DNA of 63,140 bases, counting the filler, from Reticulomyxa filosa (lineage: Eukaryota; Protista; Foraminifera): assembly GCA_000512085.1 (NCBI GenBank). It is 11 parts of 11 records of this genome, joined end to end, with 100 filler letters (N's around TTAATTAATTAA, not from the genome) between each part and the next. Parts side by side here need not be neighbours in the genome. Positions count along the whole stretch, not along the records: positions 34,176 to 41,679 come from ASPP01005864.1; positions 41,780 to 48,451 come from ASPP01003335.1; positions 48,552 to 52,121 come from ASPP01029264.1; 8 more parts are not named here. The stretch is one strand, 5' to 3'. Below, piece by piece: positions 37,727 through 50,700 of this stretch. Position numbers and translations under genes: made by a program. How positions within the stretch are numbered: the first letter of the stretch is position 1; each line of letters starts with the position of its first letter. The notes beneath the pieces are model-generated. The model saw only the letters and a program-made list of their open reading frames with translations. It was not told the origin of the DNA and did not search any database.

Positions 37727-40502
37727 ATGGCAGAATTGCAAACAATATTAGCAAGTTTGAATGCTCCTCCCTTAGAGCTCGATTTAACATTGGTTCAATT
37801 GGATAGCAAAACATATGTCGAACTGCTAGAAATTGTCTTCAAAACATTATCACATTTGCAAATTGGTGATAGTTGTGTTTCAACAAAAAACGGCTCTACA
37901 AATGAACCGTTGGAAAATGAAGTATATGAGTGGGTGAAATTGTTGAACTATCCACCATGCAAAAATAAGTTTTGAATAAATTTAAATAGCACAAATAATG
38001 TCAATATTTGAATTTTAAAAAATACCACAGTTCCTTTGAAGAAGACTTCAAGTCAGGAAAAAATAAAGACATTTTGTACTCATTATTACACTGGATAGTA
38101 ACACGATCCGAGGAATTAAAAACAAGAATTTATGTAGTAAAAAATATGAAGCCATTTGATTTGCCACAAGAATTTTTCGTTGATCCAGGTTTGAACTAGC
38201 TTGAATTTTCCTTGTATTTTTAATAATAATTGTGTTAAGATCAGAAGCACTTTTTTTTTACAAGTGACCTAGCAAACAAATTTAATCAAAATTTCCTCAT
38301 TTTTTCATAATATTTTTGTTTAAAAAATACCAAACTATTGTGCATAAGAAAAATAGTGCAGTAATGCCTTCTGATGTATATAAACATACAAATTAAATTG
38401 TATTGGACTTGAACAGTGTTGACAGAATTGTATAATCATATACGGCAGCAACAGCAGCTGTTCAAAGAAACGCACCAAAAATATCAACAAACTTTTTCAA
38501 CCAAAAATGAAACAACAACCACTGAATTAAAAAAGTGTGTGCTCTAAAGATTTCATTTATAATAATAAAATTTATATTTGGATTTTTTCGTAACCCAAAC
38601 AGAGAGATAAAGCAAATGCAAAATGAAAAAGAACAATTAGAAAATCGATTGAATAAAATGCAATTGAAAATTGAGAATGACAAAAATGTCACAAATAACA
38701 AAGAAAAATTTCAGCAAATACTTGAACTCACTTCAAATCTGCGTGTTTCACAAGAAGAAGAAAGTAATTTACTACGAAATGCATATGATCAAAGAAAAAA
38801 ACATCGTATGAGTTCTAAAACGATGCACGAGCTGCAAAGTGACAAAAGTGCGTTAGAAGAAATTTTTAATGAAATTTCTGAACATGTTATACCAAATGAA
38901 ACTAACGCCATAAGTGAGGACTCAGCCCAACATTTGATTGAAATGTGGAAAGAAAAGAATATGCAAAACGAAAAAGAGTTAGAACACGTGCACAACGAGT
39001 ATAAAGAACACCATAAAATGTTGCAAGAACTTTTGAACATTACCCATTCGGATACCAAAACAGATAATGAATTGAGTTCATTGCGAAATGAGATTAATGA
39101 ATTGTCTCATGAAATTGGAGATCTTGAAAATCAAAGAGATTCATTACTTCAGTTTTGAAATTTAGATTTTTTTTTGCATTTTCCAACATAGTAGCCTATG
39201 TACAAACAACAATTTTTAAATTTACAGAGCATTAGACAGTAAATTGGCTATTTATAAAAAACGAGCGTTTGACATGGCAAAAAATAAAACCGTGCTATTA
39301 AACAAAATAAAACAAATTCAAGATGAAATCAAAGATGTCAGAACCGAAATCATGTTTCGCTGTGTTGTTTTCAGTTACAATTTTGACTGGCTCTATCTTT
39401 GTTCACAATCACAACAGCAAATTAGAAGACGAAATGGATAAAATGCACATTAACGGTCGGAGACCAATGAGCGAAAAAGAAATGAAAGAGTATTTGGTAT
39501 CTTTACAAGAAAAAAAACATAAATACGAACAATGCCAAAATAACTTGCAAAGACAGAGCCATGAGATCGGAATATTGGAAAGGACAGAAGAGATTTTAAA
39601 ATCCAGACACGAAAATCTACAACAATATATAGAATACAAAGAAAAGGAAGAGGTACTTAATTTTCCTTTTATTGCTGTTCATTTTTTTAAAAAAAAAAAC
39701 AAAACAAAAAGAAAATGTTTTCTGACTTTTTTTAGAGTCTTGCAGAACAACAAAAACAATTGGTCTCCATTTCCGCAATGAAGAGTGAAATTGATCAGTC
39801 AAAAGGAATGACACTTAATTCATTATCCGAAGTAGCCAAGAGGGTCAATGCCGAGTTGCAATTACGAAAGAACAAACTGGTACCTCTTATCAAACAATTT
39901 CGGATCAAAAGAGAAGAGTTTGAAGAACTTCAAAAAGAATACAAAGACAAAAAGCAAATTTATGATACAATTAAAATGACTTATGAAAAAGAATTGCAAC
40001 AGCTTCAAACAAGTATTGACGAAACCGGTCATGACATTAGTATGTTAAATCAAGATATAAATCAAACACAAAAACAACTCAAAGATAAAAAAGAACTTCT
40101 GGCAAACATTTCTAGTGATGAAAAGTGCAAAGAGTACAAAACAATTTACGAAAATGACACCGCTAAACTACTTCAAAAATCAAAACGCTTGCGTCAAGAA
40201 CAAAAAATTGTCATAGTTTTGAATAAATATTTTTTATATTATCCAAACGCTCATATTTTATTTTAGCAAATAACAGGAAAAGCAAGGAAAAGACGAAATA
40301 CAAAAAGAATATTTCAATCGAGCAAAGCAACTTATGCAAATTAAATTGGAAATTCTGGAAGCAAAAACACAAACAGGAACAACCACAAATGTTTAGTAGA
40401 ATTGATTTCATACAAATAAGCAAAAAATAAAATAATAAAATACCAAATCATAAAAAATAGGAAAATGGAGCTGATTGCATGATCATTGCAGGACAAGAAT
40501 AA
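37727..40502 (+). CDS. IFT81: Intraflagellar transport protein 81 (exons 37727-37968, 38031-38188, 38417-38534, 38603-39151, 39228-39353, 39418-39652, 39736-40215, 40277-40390, 40461-40502)
   Basis: N-terminal CH-like domain (SLNAPP..LTLVQLDS..LLEIV; LYSLLHW..ELKTRIY), coiled coil with KSEIDQSKGMTL and LVPLIK, and C-terminal GADCMII. All eight intron phases are consistent. Confidence 0.88.
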
Positions 40503-40546
40503 TCAAATTCAAAAAACATTTTAATAAAAAATATTTTTAAAAAATA

Positions 40547-40830
40547 TAGTAGAATGCAAAAAAAAGTTGACACATAAAGCGACAAATTATAAAGATAATT
40601 GATTTTCTAAATGAAAAACAATATTTAATCAAAATTTTTTTAAATATCTACAAATAATTTTTTAATATTGTTTTATTTTTTATTTAATATTCCATAATTG
40701 TTTCTAAAATTTTCTTTTATTATTTGAAATATCATATTTAAATACACTCTTGTATATTTTAAAAAATTAGTGTTTTTCATTTAGAAAATCGATTATATTC
40801 ATGATGATTCAAATATTTCCTTTTTTTCAT
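40547..40830. mobile_element. MITE derived from the Tc1-like TIR family
   Basis: Left end AGTAGAATGCAAAAAAAA resembles the family TIR. 40595-40620 and 40771-40796 are inverted repeats matching at 25 of 26 nt. Right boundary approximate. Confidence 0.7.
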
Positions 40831-41679
40831 TTAATTCAAAAAAATCATTTTCACTTTTTAAAGCTTACTTTACAGCTGCGTATCCTATATATAAAAAATT
40901 AAGCACCTTCATGATCATTTTCAACTTGACTGAAAAAGTTGTTTTTGAATGAGAAACAAGCATCTTACTTCAACATCTAATAAGATTTGAAGTTCATTTT
41001 GAAATTTTGGTATTAGTGTTATATACAGTTCAAGACAAAAACTTTATAAATAGTTTTCAAGATAGTAAAACATTGTGAAACTGTCAATTTTGACAACCTA
41101 AAAGTGAAAGATACAAAATAAAAGCATTTTCTAACTACTATTATCTGTGATCATAAATGTGTTTATTATAATTGATTTTTTTTATTTAGAAATTTCATTA
41201 GAAAATAGCAAAAAGCCTAGAAAAAGGTACATAACATTTGTAAATAGTTTTTAAATGCTTGAAAAATTTTATATATGTATATTGTAACTAACTTGCAAAA
41301 TTTTTATAAATCATACGAATATTGAAGATGATATTGTTACGCATAATAATGAAAACAAAATAATGTCATCAGTTTAACTAAATAACAGAATATCTTTGAA
41401 AAAAACAAATATATATTATGATAATATTGAAAACGAAATATTACAATCGAACAATAAACAAAAAACTACAAAGCTCAGACAGTAACTTAGATATTATTAT
41501 TGTGCATTTTCAAAATCAACTTAAAAATGGAGAATTGAAGAACATTTCAATTCAAGACAGCAATTGATCGAATAATGAAATTGCATCATTATGAAAGACA
41601 TTGCAGCAATTTTAACGATAATTCAAGTAATTGTAGGTTAATCTGTCTACTTGATAAATCTTTTGAAAATTGAAATACT

Positions 41680-41779
41680 NNNNNNNNNNNNNNNNNNNNN
41701 NNNNNNNNNNNNNNNNNNNNNNNTTAATTAATTAANNNNNNNNNNNNNNNNNNNNNNNNNNNNNNNNNNNNNNNNNNNN
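41680..41779. other. Artificial contig linker
   Basis: N44-TTAATTAATTAA-N44. Confidence 0.98.
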
Positions 41780-41865
41780 AAAAAAAAACAACTATGCTAA
41801 TATCTTTCGTTTCCAACGTATATTACACGTACACAAAACAAACAAACACACACACACACACAAAC

Positions 41866-42698
41866 GGTCTGATGATGATGCTGTGCATTTCAACACCAAG
41901 CTCAAATCCTTTTTTTTTTGCGCATGTTTCGAATGGATGAGCACGTAGTCATTCCATCCGATCGGCTGACTTTCCGCTCGGTAAGGAGATCGCATCTCGG
42001 ATATACTTGACTCAATCTCTTTTCTGTTTGATATCGCTGTTGTTGCTACTGCTTTGTTTTTTTTCTAATTATTATCCATTATTAATAATTTTTTTTTTTT
42101 TTTGGTGTGATTGTACATAATGTACGCCGAGGGTGAGAGAATATATACGACTTGCTCGGAATGCATACATACATACATGCGTATACGTATGCTCTAACTT
42201 GTTGTAAAGTCAATGACACATTGCTTGACGTACCAATCTTTGATTTATCAATCCAATTCAATTCACTCCTTGACAGCTCTTCATCTAACTTCTTCGATGA
42301 CACTTTTCGTATAACATACCATAAAATACGTATCCGAAAAAAAGATTGTAAGACAATGTTGTTTCAATTGCTTTTTTTGTTTGTTTGTTTATTTGTTTGT
42401 TTTGTTCCTCCTCCTCGCTTTGTTCTCTTTACCCATATGCTTTGGTGTGAACATTTTTTTGTCAACAACAACAGGGCTTTCTTGAGGTGATTTCACCTTT
42501 GATGCTTGTGTGGGAGTTCTTGACTTTGATGGGTTCGGCGGAGAGGTAGCGCCCAACTTTATCCCACTATTTGCTTTGTCCACTTTTCTCTTTGCATCAT
42601 CCACTTCTTTCTCATTTTTCTTGTTCTATTTTTATCTCGGAAGGCTGCTTGACTTGGTTTTGTGTAGACCGATTTGCGTCGTCACGCTTTGTGTTCAT
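41866..42698 (-). CDS. Hypothetical Ser/Lys-rich protein, 5' exons, with an apparent homopolymer frameshift near 42617
   Basis: MNTKRDD..EIKIEQE continues as NEKEVDDAK.. if one A is removed. Further coding-like segments are separated by intron-like tracts. Truncated by a linker. Confidence 0.4.
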
Positions 42699-43065
42699 GT
42701 CAGACAAAGTTTCTCTTCAAAGGAAATATCAGTTTCTTTATATTTGGATTTCACTTGCAGCACAAGCCTCTTCAAGATCAATGGATATAAAAATAATTTC
42801 AAGTCCTTGGCTTTGATTTGAATTCTAAAAACATTCAAATTCAAAAAAACATTTGCAGAAAGTAGAATTGTAAGACTGAAAAGAACAATACAAGTCAAAT
42901 TTTTATTTTCTGATCTGCGTCCAAAATAGTGTACTAGCAGGGTAAAAGTACTGAAACACGAAAAGACATATTAAAAGATCTAATTTTTAAGTTGAAATCA
43001 TAATAACAAAAATGAAGAAAGAATACTTCAAATAAAAAAATAAGTAGTAAATCAATGAATTGGAG

Positions 43066-43303
43066 TGTTAATATGTTGTGTTGGCTGTACATATGCGCTG
43101 ACATCGAGGTTGTATGCTTCCCTGTTGAACGTGTAGGGCAAGTCGCTACTATAGATTACTGAACACTGAAAGAGTTGACGAGCCATAAGTGGGTTAAACT
43201 TCTCCACTAACTTTTCTTCACTCTTTGTTTGTTTCTATTTTCTTGTATCGTATCATTCATCTTTCATTTACTTAATTTACTTTTATTTTATCGAAAACCG
43301 ACA
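43066..43303 (+). repeat. Putative solo-LTR-like element
   Basis: TGTT start after GGAG, internal TATA-like CTATA, ends CCGACA. Partial second copy at 34176-34245. No TSD or PBS identified. Confidence 0.4.
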
Positions 43304-45596
43304 TCTTTTTGAGTAAATCTTTTCTTATTACATTTAGTGAAGTCTATTATCAGCAGACGTCCTACAAAGTGATCAGTGATGCAGCTGTATTATTACTGTC
43401 AGAGTCTTATTTGGTGTCGTCTTGTGAACGACCTGTCATGACATTGCATTGTTATATTCTAGCACTCGAGACCGTGAACATGAGCTGGGGCTCCCACTGA
43501 CCGTCACGTTCGTGTGAATTCATGACATTAGCACCAGCATTCGTGATACTATATGAAGGCGATTGTTATCCTTATTGAGACAGCAATCAATACGATCGCT
43601 TCGTATTTGAGCGTTGATGAATTGCACGCTATTACACGGTGAAATGTTATTAGCTGTTCGTGCTATGTTTGCTTTTCTCCATTAGTCTCTTGGACATGTA
43701 CGGCGGATACATGATGAAATTGGTGTTTACTTTGCCTCGTATCCATTTAGTCATTGCAATTTGAGATTATTTCTCAAAAACATTATGTACAAGTCCACAA
43801 TACGTGGTTAAATATGCATACTGAATAATTTGTTTACAAGCTATATTGTTTGTCAGTTAATATGCATTGTGCAAGTGGATATACTGTAATATGATATCAA
43901 CAAACAATGCGTTGTTCAGATATTTCCATATTTCTTATGAACAATAAATCTTTTTAATTTGTTGTAAAATCACGTTATTAAAACGTTAGCTAGTTTGAAA
44001 ACATATAAAAGTTTAAATATATAAATTAAATATAAAAAAGTATTTTGTTTAAAATTACTAAGTCAATATTAAGCAAAACCAAATTAAATTACAACCAACA
44101 AAGTAAAAAAAAGTAAATTTAAACTTGATCCGAACAATAAACAGTACTACAAAATTTATCATAAAATCTTTTAAAAACAAATTTTGTCATATTTTGGCAT
44201 ATTTACTGAAGCTTTAACTTTTCATGATAATTTTTATCAAGTTTAGTACAGTCGTCTAGTTTACTACGCTAAAAGCAAACAATGTAAATATTTATATTCA
44301 AAATAATACTTGAAATACAAAATATATTTAAGATTGTCAATTCACAAATAGAAAAAAAGAAAAAGTAATATTTTTCTACTTTTTTAAAAATATTTGTCCT
44401 AAGAAATTTTCTTGATGCAAAAATATTAAAAATCTGACAAAGTTTGTGGAGTATTATGTAAATATTCTCTTGGAAAATGCACATTTTAATTGATGCTTTG
44501 TCATTTTTTCATGTTACTGCACTTTTTCTTCAATAAGTCATTCACAATGACAATCTAAAGTTATTTTAATGCTGATTAAAATTTTATGTGATTTGGATAC
44601 CTGCCATCTTGCTGTACACTTTCGCAAAGCTAAGTATAAAAGTATTATTTCAATTGATCTTTCATACATTTTCGTATCGTTGTAACGAAGTAAGTGTAAC
44701 TTTTGTTGGACTTAAAATAACATATTTGGCTTTTCATTTCTGAGTGCTTTAGCTACGACAATCTAAGCGTATCTCAAATCAAAGATAATACCTTACATTG
44801 ATTAATCAGTTCATCCAAATATAAATCAACTAATGATCTCACAATCGAAACTTTCTTCTGTATTTTTTTAAAGGATTTGCACGCAAAAGTTCACGTAATT
44901 TCGAGATTTTTTAAAAAGTGGCATTTCTTGATTGAATTTTCGGTAAAAGAGAGAAAAAATGAAACATTGGCTGCTCAAATAGAAATAGCAAAAAAAATAT
45001 TTGATCAACAATGGAGATATGTTGAATACAATTCAAAATAAAGTATTTTTAAATTATAAAATTAAGAATACATCTGATAGAAATATAACTCTATTCAAAT
45101 AAACAATCAAGCAAAGAACAATAAATAACAAAAACAAAGAAGAATAAGAAGACGCAAGAACCAGCAGCCACAAATCCATTGATCATTGCAATATCCTAAG
45201 TGGCAAGCTCTTTATTCTTCACGGTAACTTTTGAATCGGCAACTCCAGTTTAAAGGGAATTTATAGGTTTACTTTCTTCTAAAAAGAAAAGTTAAATTGT
45301 TTCAAAATTAAAGATCGAAAGATTGTTAAAAGTTGTTTTATTGAGCAATCAGTCTCGAAGGAGAGTAGACAAATGCAGAATCACCTTTGAAAAATGAAAT
45401 AAAAATTAAATAAGTGTCCAGCGAAGATGCACTTTGGCAACGCCCCTCCGCAAAAAAAAACAAATACTATTACCCCTTTTTTTCTTTCCTTCTTCAAATC
45501 ATAGTCTCTATCTCTCGTTCTCTAGGGCACAAAAGAAGGGAAAAGAAGAGAAAAAAGGCAAAAAAGAAGCCAATAGTTCAATCTATTAAAAGCCAT

Positions 45597-46049
45597 TTAT
45601 TGATGAGGATTGTGTCGATCGCCAGTGCCGGCAAGGAAATCAGGCAGATACTGATACATATCATTTCTATCAAATATTTGCACACCTTGATAATAGTGAG
45701 TAAGCAATGGCTCAAAAGGCAAACAAGAATTCATATTGAAAGTATTGGCAATGCCTTCTTTTGGATCTTTTTCTGTTTTTCGTCTGTGTGGTAAAAGATC
45801 CCATGAACGCTCATAATCCTCTTTGGACTGGTTGCGTAAAAAATCTTCCACTTCTTGAGTTGTTGCAAACACTTGACTTAATTCTCTTGTCGTTTCTTTA
45901 TTTTGTTGCTCTTTCACTGCTTTCTTTTTGTTCTCCTTGCATGGATCATTTTTTTCGTCTTCTTCTGAGTTTTTCACTTTTTTCATTTCACTTGAAAGAG
46001 CTTTTTTTGCATTCTTTTCTTTTGAAATTTTTCTCTTTACACGTGGCAT
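45597..46049 (-). CDS. Hypothetical 150-aa protein with Lys/Glu-rich N-terminus
   Basis: Intact single-exon ORF starting MPRVKRK. No family recognised. Confidence 0.55.
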   Translation of the reverse strand: MPRVKRKISKEKNAKKALSSEMKKVKNSEEDEKNDPCKENKKKAVKEQQNKETTRELSQVFATTQEVEDFLRNQSKEDYERSWDLLPHRRKTEKDPKEGIANTFNMNSCLPFEPLLTHYYQGVQIFDRNDMYQYLPDFLAGTGDRHNPHQ

Positions 46050-46249
46050 TAGCAATTTTTCTAAATTTTATTTAAAGGGTTCGACAATTTTATTTTTTTT
46101 TTGGGACTCCCCAAAGAATATACTAATAACAGTTGTATCTTTTTCTTTTTTTTTCAATGCTGCTTGCAATGTGTAATGACAAACTCAAAGAGTGAATAAG
46201 CTACCGTCAGGACATAGCACTCAAAGAAAACGAAAAATGCAAAAAACAA

Positions 46250-47415
46250 AGTGGTTTCACAACAGAAAATGTTTCATGTACATCGATTTCACATTCAATC
46301 TTGTGAGCAAGTTTGCAACAGCTACAAACTATTTCATTCGTATTTTATTGTATGTGGACACTTCAGTAAGAAATGATCAACAGTTTCTAATTCGTTCTTG
46401 CACCAATTACACTCTGGCACAAGTGCAAGGTTGATTTTGTGAATGTAATAATTTAACTACACTTTTCATGTAATCAGTCTGCATACAATTCTTCGTTCAT
46501 GTACTTCTATGCTATGAAGGACAGTTTTTTCAAATGACTACCATTCAATAATATTCTGTATATATTTCTTGTGATGCTTGTGATAGTGTCTTTCGTTCAC
46601 TTCGTTGATCCAATCTATTCCACAATAATGTGAAATAGCCATCAAATCTATTTGCATTTAAAAATGAAGCACTTTTGTCATATCTTTGAATATTTCAGTA
46701 TGTGTTTTTTAGTCACTTTCTCTTGCACGCTTTGCAACTTGATATACTTTCATTAGCTGTAATACCTGAACGTCCTTTGATCCAATAAATTTCATGCAAA
46801 TTTTCATCAATAAGTAACATAATTTTTTGATAATCGCTAACTTGAGATTTAGTCATTTCTGCATCACACTTATTCATAATTGCATTTACTGCAAATTTGC
46901 AGTCATTCAAAATTATTACTAACTCTTTCTTGTTTTTATAATATTTGCAACATATTCTAATACAATTTTTATTGATTCAATTTCGGATCTAATGTTTGTG
47001 GTAATTATTTTAATGGAAATTTCCAAATCAATATATTCAGACGATGTTGGATTAATAGTTCAAGATCCAGCACTAATAATTCCATGACTATGCATTGTAC
47101 TAGCATTTGCAAAGTTCACAATACAATTGTTATCAAATGGTTATATTATTTTATTTGATGTTGGTTCTCATTTGACGATTTCAACTTATTAGTAAATCAA
47201 TATAATCAGCAAATGAAATGTTAATGCACACACGTGATAAGATCGAAAGTTTCCTAACTGACAAAAATACTATACTGATTTGAAATCATAATTATTCTTC
47301 CATGATCCGTATGCTTGACTGAAATTATGACTGTATATTTTTGTTAGTATTTTTCTTATATTTGGAATAACTTTATCTCTTCTTGCTGTCTTCTCAATTC
47401 CAAAGAGGCATTTGA
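46250..47415 (-). mobile_element. Decayed non-LTR retrotransposon, RNase H region
   Basis: TTNIRSEIESIKIVLEY, DCKFAVNAI and IYWIKGRSGITANE match RNase H motifs (N..AE..AI; DS..A..AI; WxxGHxGI.GNE). Stops and frameshifts present. Abuts the Tc1-like insertion. Confidence 0.7.
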
Positions 47416-47417
47416 TA

Positions 47418-48451
47418 CAGTAGATTGCAAAAAAACTGCCATATCTAAATGGCACTATATGAAGAGAATCGATTTTCTCCATAAAAAATAGAGATTTAAA
47501 CCTAATTTTTTAAAAAAATATCTACTAATCTTGTAGTTTTTAAATATTAAATTGGTTTTATAATAAGTTTTTTCTAGGTTGATCAAAAATATGATTTTCA
47601 AATGATTTTTAAAAATTTCGAAGGAGTTCATATAAATTGAACATGTATTGAATATAAGAAATTTTTAAATCTTTTTATTTTCATTTTAAGAACCTTCAAG
47701 TCAAGTAGATACTCTTTAAAAAAAAGATTAGCCTTGTATCTTTCGTAATTTTTAACAACTTTTGAAATTTTTTTAAAAAATATTTTTTTGTTTAAAATTT
47801 ATTTTTTTTGTAATGTTTTTAGTATTTTGTTGATTTTCATTTTGACATTGGCTCAACTACAGCTTAACATAGTTTAGTGTCAGTTTTTCACATTTTTTTT
47901 CAAATTTTTCCCAAAGTTATTGTTTATTGTTAATTTTTCTCCTTTATATAATTTTACTTTAATTATCCACCAAATGCTATCAATTGGATTTAGGTCTGAT
48001 GAATTAGTATGAAAATTTATCAGTTCTATTATTTTCTTTAAACCAACCCATTATTTTTTTAGTTTTGTGACATGATGAATCTTTTCTGACCTGCCAGCTC
48101 CAGGTTTTCTTTTTACAGTTCCACTACACTTATATGACGACATCCAAAATCGAAGCTATACTTATATTAAATTTCTTTGCTACATATCGAATGATAGCTG
48201 CGCCAACCAGCATACTAACAGCAAATCTTTTCTTAAAAGCAATCAAATGTTTCACCATTTTAAATATCAAAATTTTAAAATGTCAATTATAAATATCAAC
48301 AATAAAGAAAATATGCAAAAAAAAAATGTAATATTTAAAAACTACAAGATTAGTAGATATTTTTTAAAAAAATTATGTTTAAATCTTTATTTTTCATGTA
48401 GAAAATCAATTCTCTTCATATAGTATCATTTAGATTGGCAGTTTTTTTTGC
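47418..48451 (-). mobile_element. Internally deleted Tc1/mariner-like element with long TIRs, copy B
   Basis: TA|CAGTAGATTGC.. TIR at 47418-47550, inverted at ~48330-48451. Transposase N-terminal HTH relic from ATG 48258: VAKKFNISIAS/WMSSYKCSGTVKRKPGAGR. Confidence 0.82.
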
Positions 48452-48551
48452 NNNNNNNNNNNNNNNNNNNNNNNNNNNNNNNNNNNNNNNNNNNNTTAAT
48501 TAATTAANNNNNNNNNNNNNNNNNNNNNNNNNNNNNNNNNNNNNNNNNNNN
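48452..48551. other. Artificial contig linker
   Basis: N44-TTAATTAATTAA-N44. Confidence 0.98.
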
Positions 48552-48556
48552 TCACT

Positions 48557-49142
48557 CGTTTCTCTTTTTTCTTCAATCTGCTCACGATTTGGTCCGCTTG
48601 TTCGCACAGTATTCCTTGTGCTTCATTCATATCCACGTTCGCATACCATCTGTCCATAAATTTACATTGCAATGTTTCTCCAATCAATAGTTGCGATATT
48701 TCGTCATGTTTCATTATTTTGATTCTAACGCTTGTGGATACGTCATGCAATCTTTTGTGCTCAGCTTTTTCCTTTTTTCCATGCTCTTGTTTTTTCCATT
48801 TATGTGTACACAATTCATCAAAAAGTTTTTACCCCCCCTTTTTTTTTTTGAAAAAAAAATCTTGACATTTACAAACTTTTTTTTGTATCTAAAAATAAAA
48901 TAAATAAATAAAAATACTTCTTTTGTGAGTTGATGGTTCAGCTAATATATTTGAGATATAAAGTCATTTTCGATTTTGTTTATCCATTCCACATCAGACT
49001 GAAACCTTGAAACGCCTTGTTGAGTTTTGATTGTGTGTAATTGCTGTGATCCTGTCCAAAAGAATTTCTGCTCAGATTGTAGCACTTCTTTGTTTTTATT
49101 TTCCATCGATTTTGCAATTATTTCCAGAGCATTTGTCTCCAT
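48557..49142 (-). pseudogene. Two-exon gene fragment with in-frame TAG and TAA
   Basis: METNALE..SQIY*LNHQLTKE | GG*KLFDELCTHKW..; intron-like tract 48917-48838. Confidence 0.45.
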
Positions 49143-49655
49143 TTTTTTGTTCCGAAAAAGTAAAGTTTTTGGAAAATAGAATGAATTGTTAAAAAAAAAA
49201 TGTAAGAAAGGAAAATCGATGAAGCAGCTGACAATAACGTAATTTTTTGAAAAAAGAGATTTGTAATAACCAAAGAATACTTATGACGCCATGAATATTG
49301 ACTATTCGATTTGGCTTGGTTTTGGACGGATATGCTGTTTTTGCAGGTTTTCTTTCTCAGCTGTTATCAAATGGACTTTTTTTCCAACAAAATATTTCGA
49401 GGCCTTGGTTGAAAAAGAGATTTTTGTTAGTTGGCCAAGACTTTTTCCTGACTAATTAAAACTTTTTCTTGAGTAGTCAAAATTTTTCTCTTTACTAGTC
49501 ACACTTTTTTTTTTGACCAGTCAAAAGTATATCATTCATATTCTCACAACTCCAACTTTATTTTAAAAATCGATTATCATATTTCTTTTTAATTGTGAAC
49601 TGAACTGTTATTTCATAAAACCGCAAAGATATTTCATGTGAAAAAAAATTATCTC

Positions 49656-50216
49656 TTTGTTCGGAACAGCGCAAGTCTATTTGTTTTTATTATTAGTTTT
49701 GCAATTTCGTGAAAAAGATTTTTAACAATGAATCAGAAAAAATTATACGTCACTTTGACTCAGTCGTAAGTGCTAATCAAACAAAAAACAATTTAACGAA
49801 AATACTACGTTACCTGAATTGCATCCGCGTTTCCGCAAAAAAAAAAATTTAAAAACATCTCTGATCAAGGATACGGGCTTGTCCTTGTCAATACAACTTG
49901 CTTCAATAAAATAAAATAAAATAAAACAATTAACAGTTTAACAAAAAAACAAAAGCACAAAACAGTTTTTGTCTGAGAAGAAAAACTCAAACAAGGGACT
50001 AACTTTAAAAAAATTATAATCATATTTTTTATAAACAAATTTTTTGCATTTTTTACAATAGAATAGAAACTTATTCACTTCGAAAATTAATTGCTGAAAT
50101 TATTTCAAATTAAAATTATCGAATTGAATAGACAAAAAAACATCTACAATATAACACCAATTCACAAAAAAAAAGTAACAACAAAGTGTCTTCAATAAAT
50201 GGAAGATAGATCATTT
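49656..50216 (+). repeat. Dispersed ~600-bp non-coding repeat, copy 2
   Basis: Colinear with 28247-28849. Confidence 0.8.
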
Positions 50217-50509
50217 ATTAAATAGCATTTCCTTGATATTACCAACAACAATTAACTAACCTAGGTCTTGTCAGCATGACATTGACACGAACTCTTTATC
50301 TCCAAAACCCTACATTATTCATCTCTTTGAATCTGACCGCAATGAAAATGCTAACTTTACTGAAATTTGTCCACAATGCAAACTTCGACGCATTGTTTAT
50401 ATGATCTCACATACAAATCATTTAATTTTTCTTCAATGTTTTCCCGTTGAGCTCGATACGGTGTTGATGGTAATGCGATCATGTATACAGTTTTGCTTCA
50501 ACATACACA

Positions 50510-50700
50510 TGTCTGCCGTTGTTGATCAAGCGCCCAAACAATGATGTGTCAAGTCCACGCTAAAAACAACGCATACACATATATATATTAATGTATATAT
50601 TGTATTTATATACGTATAATAATACACTATAACTTTTTTTAGCATGAACAGACTTTGTTCTAATTGGTGATCACAAGCAGTTACCGCCGACGATCAAGTG
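50510..50700 (+). pseudogene. UPF1/DNA2/NAM7-like SF1 helicase fragment
   Basis: FVLIGDHKQLPPTIK (motif III) at 50654-50698, followed directly by a stop; degenerate motif II (VVDQA) upstream. Confidence 0.65.
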
